Shown one piece after another: positions 1-8,431 of a stretch of DNA of 64,000 bases; position 1 is the first letter of the stretch, and each line of letters begins with the position of its first letter. The stretch comes from Pseudomonadota bacterium (lineage in GTDB: Bacteria > Pseudomonadota > Gammaproteobacteria > Burkholderiales > Eutrophovitaceae). The notes beneath the pieces were generated by a model. The model saw only the letters and a program-made list of their open reading frames with translations, was not told where the DNA came from and did no database searches. Location: contig JAQBTV010000006.1 of NCBI GenBank assembly GCA_027624715.1, forward strand, positions 36,121 through 100,120. Direction: 5' to 3'. A program made the translations under genes and the position numbers.

Positions 1-227
1 ATCGTTATGAGGTTAATAATCAATATCTCGATAAAATTCAGTCGCATGGCTTGATTGTTTCTGCGACATCTGAAAACGAAGGATTGTGTGAAGTGGTTGA
101 ATTAGAGAATCATCCCTGGTTTTTAGCTTGTCAATTTCATCCTGAGTTCACGTCTACTCCTAGGAGGGGGCATCCTCTGTTTAATGGGTTTGTGGCGGCA
201 GCTCTAAATAATGTAGAGACTAAGTGA
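1..227 (+). CDS. pyrG: CTP synthase, C-terminal fragment (5' end lies outside the window)
   Basis: Frame 3 is open from the window edge to TGA at 225-227. The translation [68 protein letters not shown] matches the PyrG amidotransferase C-terminus. The ORF track omits it because the ORF is truncated. Confidence 0.85.
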   Translation, partial: RYEVNNQYLDKIQSHGLIVSATSENEGLCEVVELENHPWFLACQFHPEFTSTPRRGHPLFNGFVAAALNNVETK

Positions 228-282
228 GCGCCAAATTAATTTACATGCTTGAATTATCAAATTTACTCTTTGGGCGGGTACT

Positions 283-1134
283 GTGAAGATAGCTGGATTT
301 TCCGTAGGCCTTGATGCCCCGCTCTTTTTAATTGCAGGGCCATGTGTGATTGAATCCGAAAAGATGACGCTTGATATCGCGCAGGCGCTCAAAGATATTG
401 GCCAAGCTCTATCAATACCAATTATCTTCAAAGCGTCTTATGATAAGGCGAATCGGTCATCCAATGATTCTTATCGTGGTATCGGGCTTGAGCGTGGCTT
501 GGACGTGCTCTCATTAGTAAAATCGCAAGTTGGATTACCGGTATTGACGGATATCCATTCAATTGATGAGATCGAAAAGGTGGCTGCAGTCGTTGATGTG
601 TTGCAAACGCCCGCATTTTTGTGTCGACAAACTGACTTTATCCGGTCGGTTGCTTCAACAGGTCTGCCGGTTAATATCAAAAAAGGCCAATTTTTGTCTC
701 CGAATGAGATGAAGGAAGTTGTCAAAAAAGCAAAGGACGCGAGTGGTCAAGACAACATTCTTGTGTGTGAGCGTGGTTCGAGTTTTGGTTATAACAATTT
801 GGTCGCAGATATGCGCTCTCTAGCGATTATGCGTAATACCGATTGCCCTGTTGTGTTTGATGCAACTCACTCAGTTCAATTGCCGGGTGCGAAGGGACAT
901 GCAAGTGGTGGGCAAAGAGAATTTGTCCCAGTTCTTGCTCGAGCTGCTGTAGCTGCGGGTGTCAGTGGAATTTTTATGGAGACGCATCCAAATCCAGAAA
1001 AGGCATTATCAGACGGCCCAAATGCATGGCCATTAAATCGAATGGAAAAATTACTCAAACACCTGAAGAAAATTGATGATCTTGTAAAATCTAGCACATT
1101 TGATGAAATGGATAAGAGCCTTCTAAATATTTAA
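283..1134 (+). CDS. kdsA: 3-deoxy-8-phosphooctulonate synthase (KDO-8-P synthase)
   Basis: 283-aa ORF with a GTG start. It aligns full length to KdsA by eye ([44 protein letters not shown]). Confidence 0.95.
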   Translation: MKIAGFSVGLDAPLFLIAGPCVIESEKMTLDIAQALKDIGQALSIPIIFKASYDKANRSSNDSYRGIGLERGLDVLSLVKSQVGLPVLTDIHSIDEIEKVAAVVDVLQTPAFLCRQTDFIRSVASTGLPVNIKKGQFLSPNEMKEVVKKAKDASGQDNILVCERGSSFGYNNLVADMRSLAIMRNTDCPVVFDATHSVQLPGAKGHASGGQREFVPVLARAAVAAGVSGIFMETHPNPEKALSDGPNAWPLNRMEKLLKHLKKIDDLVKSSTFDEMDKSLLNI

Positions 1135-2439
<1,305 letters not shown>

Positions 2440-2733
2440 ATGAAAATTGTAATCATTGCTTTAGGTGTTCTAATACTTTTACTCCAGTATCCACTTTGGA
2501 TCGGAAAAGGTGGCTGGCGTGATGTTTTGGATTATCGCCAGGTACTAAATGAGCAAGTTGAACATAATGAAGCAGGTCGATCTGGCAATTCTCAAATCGC
2601 GGCTGAAATCGCAGACCTTAAGACGGGGTTAGACGAGAATGCGGAGAGCGCCCGATCTGATCTAGGAATGATAAAAGAGGGCGAGGTATTTTTTAAAACA
2701 CTGGATAGTCCGGCTAGCGATGAGTCGAATTAA
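2440..2733 (+). CDS. ftsB: Cell division protein FtsB (septum formation initiator)
   Basis: 97 aa with an N-terminal TM helix then a coiled coil. The LLLQYPLWIGKGG motif resembles E. coli FtsB. It starts immediately after the eno stop, the usual eno-ftsB synteny. Confidence 0.85.
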   Translation: MKIVIIALGVLILLLQYPLWIGKGGWRDVLDYRQVLNEQVEHNEAGRSGNSQIAAEIADLKTGLDENAESARSDLGMIKEGEVFFKTLDSPASDESN

Positions 2734-2784
2734 ATGCGTGAGCTTGATGATTACACCTCTTCAAATATACTTTTCGCAGTGCTA

Positions 2785-3372
2785 TTACAAAGTAGTTAAG
2801 TTTACAAAATCTCGTGGTTGATTTAGATTCATGAAAGGCGTTCTCCCGTCGCGAGCATTAAATTCAACATAAGAAGTCTTTAGCTGGGATTGCCAATCCG
2901 AAACCTTTCGAGTGCCCAGTGCTATTTTTATTTTCAAATCATTAATCGTTTGTACTCTTAGTGCACAGTTTAAATATTGTATGCCATTACTGGTTTTGGC
3001 AATCGTGATGTCTGATTCGTTGGTGTTAATGTTGGCGATTAGTTTTTCTACGTAATCAATAGGGATGTTGATTACATCACAGGGCGTGACTACTACCGTA
3101 TTAGTTTTGATCTCATCGGCGACAGACACAATGCCGATTAAAGGTCCTTGATCCTTAAGCTTATCCTCTATGACCGGATAACCTAATTTTTTGAGGTACG
3201 CTAAATCTTGATTTGCGCTGATGATGATTTCGTCAACCTGAGGCCGCATGACTTCTATTAAATGCTCAATTAGAGTGTGATTTTTGAATGGGATCAATGC
3301 CTTGTTACTACCGCCCATTCGCTTACCTTGCCCTCCAGCTAAGATGATACAAGTTACCCCGTTTATTGGCAT
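2785..3372 (-). CDS. mobA: Molybdenum cofactor guanylyltransferase
   Basis: The N-terminus reads ILAGGQGKRMGGSNKALIPF (MobA nucleotide-binding motif). I prefer the ATG at 3372 (MPINGVT...) over the track start at 3396; start choice is uncertain. Confidence 0.85.
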   Translation of the reverse strand: MPINGVTCIILAGGQGKRMGGSNKALIPFKNHTLIEHLIEVMRPQVDEIIISANQDLAYLKKLGYPVIEDKLKDQGPLIGIVSVADEIKTNTVVVTPCDVINIPIDYVEKLIANINTNESDITIAKTSNGIQYLNCALRVQTINDLKIKIALGTRKVSDWQSQLKTSYVEFNARDGRTPFMNLNQPRDFVNLTTL

Positions 3373-3589
3373 TTTGTCTTCTTTCAAAATAAACATAGCA
3401 AATATTGTTTGACCATAGAAATAAGCTTACCTCACGTATACCATCTGGTTACATGCTATCAAGTACTTCAAGGGAGAGGTGGTTTTTACATTGTGGGAAC
3501 TGATTTTAGACAAATAAGCATAAATCGCGTCTAATATGTACGATAAAAATTATAATTCCGAAAGTAAACATGAAAAGGAGGCAGAAAGT

Positions 3590-4927
3590 ATGTTTGGATT
3601 TTTAGCGCGGGAAAGAACTGTCGCACCTCCTGGGTTTAATCGCTGGATGGTACCGCCAGCAGCGCTCTGTATTCACCTTTGTATTGGTCAAGCCTATGCC
3701 TTGAGTGTATTCAACCTGCCGATGACTAAACTCATTGGAATTACAGAGTCGGCTCCAGAGGATTGGTTACTGACACAACTTGGTTGGATTTTCTCCATAG
3801 CTATTGTCTTCTTAGGTCTTTCAGCTGCCGTATTCGGACGCTGGGTTGAAGAGGGGGGGCCTCGTAGAGCAATGTTTGCTGCTGCGCTCTGTTGGTCTGG
3901 CGGGTTTTTAGTTTCGGCCCTAGGGACGCACCTACACAATATTTGGCTTGTATACCTTGGTTATGGTGTTTTGGGCGGTATCGGTTTGGGTCTGGGTTAT
4001 ATTTCTCCTGTATCGACGTTGATCAAATGGTTCCCTGATCGTCCAGGCATGGCGACAGGTATGGCGATTATGGGATTTGGTGGCGGTGCGTTCATTGCTT
4101 CTCCCTTGTCAGTATCTCTAATGGAAATGTTCAGTTCGAGCACGCACGTTGGTGTTGCTGAAACGTTTGTTTGTCTTGGGTTGATCTATTTTGTATTTAT
4201 GATGGCGGGTGCTGCTTTCGTTCGCGTTCCTGCTCAGGGTTGGAAGCCAGCTGGCTGGGAGCCTCCGGTACAACCTAAGAAGTTAATGACTTCTGCTAAC
4301 GTGCATGTTAATGAGGCTTGGAAGACCCCGCAATTCTGGTGTATTTGGACTGTTCTTTGCATGAATGTGACGGCGGGAATTGGTGTCCTTGGTCAGGCCT
4401 CTGCAATGAGCCAAGAAATGTTTGGGGTAACGGCTGCGGTAGCTGGAGGTATTGTTGGTATTATGAGTTTGTCGAATATGTTAGGTCGTTTTTTCTGGGC
4501 TTCATTGTCCGACTGGATCGGAAGAAAAAACACCTATTTTTGTTTTTTCATTTTAGGCATCGGCCTCTACTCATTAGTACCGCAAACCGGATCTCTAGGT
4601 AGTTTGGCGCTTTTTGTAATTTGCACAGCGGTCATCATGACGATGTACGGTGGTGGTTTTGCTACGGTGCCTGCGTATCTTAAGGATATGTTCGGAACGA
4701 AGTATGTTGGTGCAATTCACGGAAGGCTACTGACTGCTTGGTCAGTTGCAGGTATCTTAGGCCCAGTACTTGTGAATTATATTCGTCAATATCAAATAGA
4801 CAGTGGTATTCCTAAGGCTCAGGCTTATAACACAACGATGTACATTATCTCTGGCTTATTGGTCATTGGATTGATCGCTAATTCGTTGATTAAAGCGGTA
4901 GATTCACGTCACCACTTAGCGGAATAA
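3590..4927 (+). CDS. MFS transporter, oxalate/formate antiporter (OFA) family
   Basis: Polytopic membrane protein with the typical OFA N-terminus (NRWMVPPAALCIHLCIGQAYALSVF). The ATG at 3590 is preceded by AAGGAGG; the track start at 3536 adds 18 hydrophilic residues with no RBS. Confidence 0.85.
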   Translation: MFGFLARERTVAPPGFNRWMVPPAALCIHLCIGQAYALSVFNLPMTKLIGITESAPEDWLLTQLGWIFSIAIVFLGLSAAVFGRWVEEGGPRRAMFAAALCWSGGFLVSALGTHLHNIWLVYLGYGVLGGIGLGLGYISPVSTLIKWFPDRPGMATGMAIMGFGGGAFIASPLSVSLMEMFSSSTHVGVAETFVCLGLIYFVFMMAGAAFVRVPAQGWKPAGWEPPVQPKKLMTSANVHVNEAWKTPQFWCIWTVLCMNVTAGIGVLGQASAMSQEMFGVTAAVAGGIVGIMSLSNMLGRFFWASLSDWIGRKNTYFCFFILGIGLYSLVPQTGSLGSLALFVICTAVIMTMYGGGFATVPAYLKDMFGTKYVGAIHGRLLTAWSVAGILGPVLVNYIRQYQIDSGIPKAQAYNTTMYIISGLLVIGLIANSLIKAVDSRHHLAE

Positions 4928-4941
4928 GGGGGAAATAGATT

Positions 4942-5067
4942 ATGTCTGGTAATAACGAAGATAAAACAAGCGGTTTACATCTGTTGTTGGCCTGGGGTTT
5001 CGTGGGCATTCCATTGGTTTGGGGGCTAATGCAGACCATTGAGAAAGCAATGCAGATATTTGTTTAA
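4942..5067 (+). CDS. 41-aa single-TM small protein, candidate small subunit of the upstream OFA/MFS transporter
   Basis: The ATG sits 14 nt after the transporter stop and is preceded by AAGGGGGAAA. Translation is MSGNNEDKTSGLHLLLAWGFVGIPLVWGLMQTIEKAMQIFV, with one hydrophobic helix. It falls below the ORF-track size cutoff. Confidence 0.55.
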   Translation: MSGNNEDKTSGLHLLLAWGFVGIPLVWGLMQTIEKAMQIFV

Positions 5068-5106
5068 GTAGATCATGCGTCCCTGCTGATTGTTCAATTT
5101 CTGCAA

Positions 5107-6198
5107 TCAGTGGGATTTCGTGTTCGATTGCGATAGCGCTTGCTTTAAAGTCAAAATTTTTCCAGCCTCAGGAGCAGAGTATCCCGGTAACTTAAGCACG
5201 TAATTAGCAAACGCCTCGCTCTTGAGTAATTTGATTAATTCGAGTATTTCTTTTTTGTGTACTGCTTTGCTTTGGCAGGCAAACATATAGTTCTCTCTTG
5301 CTAAGGGGATGAAGTCTAAGCCAAATTGGGTTGCGGCCGGCTGTACGCCGAAGCCCGCGTCCGCCATCCCGGAGGCAACAAATGCCGCAACTGCTGCGTG
5401 CGTAAATTCCTCGGATTGATAGCCTTTAATGTCAGTTGAAAGGACGTTATCTTTGGTTAAAAGTTGATCAAATAACATTCGGGTCCCTGACCCAATTTGT
5501 CTATTCACAAATTTGACGTCTTTTTTTACTAAATCCTTAATGCATGAAATACGCAATGGATTATTAGGCAAGACAAAGAGGCCTTGTGTACGGGTGACTA
5601 GGTGGATGAATCGATGCTTATTTGGAGTCCATAGGGGGGCGAGACTGTCTATTACGGTTTGACCATTTCCGTCAGTAGGTAGATGGAATCCAGCAAGATC
5701 GCAATCGCCACGATTAAGAGAGGCGAGTGCTTCCGCTGCACTAATGTATCTCAGGTCGACCTGAAAATCAGGCGCCATTTTTAGGAAAAGTCCTGGCAGA
5801 TGGGCCACGGCGTAACCAAAAGTTGCATGAATGGTCAGAGAGGTTTTAGCTGATGTCAGTGCGCGGTTAATTTCTCGATTGATTTCAGAGGCTAAGGAGT
5901 CAAGCTGTAACCCAACTCTCGCTGAAACCCTTTGTTCGGCCCAAAGAAGCTTTTCTCCAAGGTCAGTCAGTGATGCTCCCTTGCCACGAGTGAAGTTTAC
6001 AAGGTCAGATCCAAAGAAGTTTTTCCAGTGCTTGACTATATTCCAGGCATGTCGGTAAGAAATGCCCATTTGCTTAGCAGCCTCAGCCAGCGTGCCAGCG
6101 CGGTGAATCAAGTTCAATAGCCCGAATAGTTCTGCACCTAAGGTTTCATTAGCTTCGTTCAAAAGGGACCAGGAGGGTGACAGCTTGATTTTACTCAT
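5107..6198 (-). CDS. Transcriptional regulator: ModE-N/LysR-type winged HTH fused to a periplasmic-binding-protein-like domain, divergent from the fds operon (FdsR-like position)
   Basis: The N-terminus LAEAAKQMGISYRHAWNIVKHW...LVNFTRGKGASLTDLGEKLL resembles the ModE N-terminal domain. The C-terminal ~250 aa look like a type-2 PBP fold (LTIHATFGYAVAHLPGLF, FVNRQIGSGTR). The start is either ATG 6198 or ATG 6219. Confidence 0.75.
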   Translation of the reverse strand: MSKIKLSPSWSLLNEANETLGAELFGLLNLIHRAGTLAEAAKQMGISYRHAWNIVKHWKNFFGSDLVNFTRGKGASLTDLGEKLLWAEQRVSARVGLQLDSLASEINREINRALTSAKTSLTIHATFGYAVAHLPGLFLKMAPDFQVDLRYISAAEALASLNRGDCDLAGFHLPTDGNGQTVIDSLAPLWTPNKHRFIHLVTRTQGLFVLPNNPLRISCIKDLVKKDVKFVNRQIGSGTRMLFDQLLTKDNVLSTDIKGYQSEEFTHAAVAAFVASGMADAGFGVQPAATQFGLDFIPLARENYMFACQSKAVHKKEILELIKLLKSEAFANYVLKLPGYSAPEAGKILTLKQALSQSNTKSH

Positions 6199-6201
6199 AA
6201 T

Positions 6202-6237
6202 ATATGAACTATCTAACATATGAACTATCGAACATAT
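6202..6237. repeat. 16-bp tandem direct repeat (2 copies plus a partial) carrying three CATAT(G) boxes
   Basis: atatgaactatctaac (6202-6217) and atatgaactatcgaac (6218-6233) match at 15/16 positions, followed by atat. The repeat overlaps the 5' end or leader of the regulator gene. Confidence 0.8.
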
Positions 6238-6294
6238 TGTATTGTTGCTAAAACTGGACTAGCTTGTTTGTTTGCTTATTATAAGTCTATTAAT

Positions 6295-6318
6295 AAATAT
6301 GTAAATGTGTACATATTT
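6295..6318. promoter_or_regulatory. Perfect 9-bp inverted repeat with a 6-bp spacer, operator-like, upstream of fdsG
   Basis: aaatatgta-aatgtg-tacatattt, about 65 bp upstream of the fdsG start. It abuts a possible -35 hexamer ttgaat (6317-6322). Confidence 0.4.
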
Positions 6319-6382
6319 GAATTGCTAGCAGAAATTGCGGCATAAAGTAGGTGAGAGGCCTGTCGCACAGGGAGGTTTTATT

Positions 6383-6865
6383 TTGGGAAACACGGATCAT
6401 AAGGCCGTAATTAGTGCGGCACTTGAAAAACATGCAAGTACCAATGGGGCCTTGTTGCCAATTCTGCATGAAATACAAGATGTGCTTGGTTATATACCTA
6501 CGGATGCCATTGACGTTATTGGTAAGAGTATTAACCGGTCACGGGCGGAAGTGCATGGAGTAGTTTCCTTTTATCACCACTTCAGAACCCAGAAACCAGG
6601 TCGTCACATCATTCAAGTTTGCCGATCAGAAGCCTGTCAGGCAGTAGGTTCTGAGAAGATAATCGATAAGCTGAAGCTATCACTTGGCATCGATTTTCAT
6701 GAATCTACCTTAGATGGTCAGATTACGCTCGAGCCGATTTATTGTTTAGGGCACTGTGCGTGTGCACCGGCTCTTATGGTCAATGGTGAGCCGAGGGCGA
6801 AAATGACATCAGATCAGGTTGAGAGTCTCCTTAATGAATTAAGGGCCACGAATCATGACGACTAA
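6383..6865 (+). CDS. fdsG: NAD-dependent formate dehydrogenase gamma subunit (NuoE-like 2Fe-2S)
   Basis: NuoE/FdsG-like sequence (LLPILHEIQDVLGYIP, CRSEACQAVG, CLGHCACAPA). I prefer the TTG at 6383, preceded by GGGAGG; the track start at 6335 is also TTG. Confidence 0.85.
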   Translation: MGNTDHKAVISAALEKHASTNGALLPILHEIQDVLGYIPTDAIDVIGKSINRSRAEVHGVVSFYHHFRTQKPGRHIIQVCRSEACQAVGSEKIIDKLKLSLGIDFHESTLDGQITLEPIYCLGHCACAPALMVNGEPRAKMTSDQVESLLNELRATNHDD

Positions 6866-8414
6866 AATATTCGTACCTCGTGATTCATCTGCAATAGGTT
6901 TAGGCGCGAATAAGGTTGCTGAAGCGTTGACTCGCGTTGCGCAATCTACTAAAGCTGATGTCCAGGTGGTTAGAAATGGTTCTCGCGGTTTAATTTGGAT
7001 GGAGCCTCTTGTCGAGGTGGAAACGGAGGCTGGCCGTGAAGGGTATGCCAACATCACCAGTGATGATGTGGAAAGTTTGTTTAAAAAAGTGTTGACCGAT
7101 GGTGGTGATCATGAGAAGGGTGTGGGGCTTGTTGAGGAGATTCCTTACTTAAAGAATCAAGAGCGTTTGTGTTTTGCTCGAAATGGCATAACAGACCCGA
7201 CCTCAATTGAGGACTATTTAGGTAATGATGGGTTTAAGGGTCTTAAGGTAGCGCTCAGCTTGGATGGCAAATCGATAGTAGAGATCGTTACTCAATCGGG
7301 GTTACGAGGAAGGGGTGGGGCAGCATTTCCTACGGGTATCAAATGGAATACCGTTCTTAATTGTCCTGCGAATCAGAAGTACATCGTATGTAATGCGGAT
7401 GAAGGAGATTCTGGTACGTTTTCTGACCGTATGACTATCGAGGGAGACCCGTTTGTCTTGATAGAGGGTATGACAATTGCGGCCTTAGCTGTTGGTGCTA
7501 CGAAGGGCTACGTGTATTTGCGATCTGAGTACCCACATGCCGAAGAGATTTTTAATGAAGCATTATTGATTGCGCGTGCTCACAGATATCTTGGCGAGAA
7601 TGTTTGTGGTAGCAAATGTTCTTTCGATATTGAATTGCGGCGGGCAGCCGGTGCTTATATTTGCGGTGAAGAGACTTCTCTTTTAGAAAGTCTCGAAGGT
7701 AAGCGAGGATTGGTTAGAGCTAAACCGCCACTGCCTGCAATTTCCGGATTATTCGGTCAGCCGACGGTAGTGAATAACGTGATTACCTTTTCCTCGGTAC
7801 CATTTATTTTAGCTAATGGCGCGTTGGCGTATAAAGACTATGGTGTAGGTCGCTCTATGGGAACTTTGCCTATACAGCTGGCAGGTAATATTAAGCGTGG
7901 TGGCCTTGTTGAAAAGGCCTTTGGGGTTAATCTAAATGAAATTTTGTATGACTTTGGTGGAGGATCTGCTTCCGGAAAACCCATTAGAACTGTTCAGATT
8001 GGTGGGCCTCTAGGCGCATACATTCCTGAAAAAGATTTTGATTTGAAATTGGACTACGAAGCATTCGCCGCTGTGGGGGCTATGATTGGTCATGGTGGTA
8101 TCGTTGTTTTTGATCAAACGGTGAATATGGCGTCTATGGCGCGTTTTGCAATGGAGTTTTGTGCCATTGAATCCTGTGGAAAATGTACTCCATGTCGTAT
8201 TGGGTCGACTCGAGGTATGGAGACTATTGACAAAATTATTGCTGGTAAGGATAGATCTGCGAATGCCGATCTTATTAAAAGTTTATGTGACACGATGTTA
8301 CATGGGTCATTGTGTGCGTTAGGTGGAATGATTCCGTTTCCTGTTCTGAGTGCAATGAAGCACTTCCCTGAGGACTTTTGCCTCGAACCGCATGATAATA
8401 AGGTAGCAGCTTAA
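6855..8414 (+). CDS. fdsB: NAD-dependent formate dehydrogenase beta subunit (NuoF-like; FMN, NAD and 4Fe-4S binding)
   Basis: 519 aa with NuoF motifs (GLRGRGGAAFPTGIKW, CNADEGDSGTF, ESCGKCTPCR). It overlaps the fdsG stop by 11 nt. Confidence 0.92.
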   Translation: MTTKIFVPRDSSAIGLGANKVAEALTRVAQSTKADVQVVRNGSRGLIWMEPLVEVETEAGREGYANITSDDVESLFKKVLTDGGDHEKGVGLVEEIPYLKNQERLCFARNGITDPTSIEDYLGNDGFKGLKVALSLDGKSIVEIVTQSGLRGRGGAAFPTGIKWNTVLNCPANQKYIVCNADEGDSGTFSDRMTIEGDPFVLIEGMTIAALAVGATKGYVYLRSEYPHAEEIFNEALLIARAHRYLGENVCGSKCSFDIELRRAAGAYICGEETSLLESLEGKRGLVRAKPPLPAISGLFGQPTVVNNVITFSSVPFILANGALAYKDYGVGRSMGTLPIQLAGNIKRGGLVEKAFGVNLNEILYDFGGGSASGKPIRTVQIGGPLGAYIPEKDFDLKLDYEAFAAVGAMIGHGGIVVFDQTVNMASMARFAMEFCAIESCGKCTPCRIGSTRGMETIDKIIAGKDRSANADLIKSLCDTMLHGSLCALGGMIPFPVLSAMKHFPEDFCLEPHDNKVAA

Positions 8415-8431
8415 ATTTTTGGAGAAAAATT

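Noticed and set aside
3853-3859. G7 homopolymer tracts inside coding regions (OFA transporter 3853-3859; ModE-N gene 16186-16192) as possible phase-variation switches.
   Set aside because: The tracts are short and the frames are intact. They encode ordinary Gly-rich segments (EEGGP, RGGGA), and nothing else suggests contingency loci.
4318-4602. 94-aa same-strand, alternative-frame ORF inside the OFA transporter gene.
   Set aside because: It is fully nested in a well-supported membrane-protein frame. The translation is Cys/Trp/Arg-rich nonsense, with no RBS.
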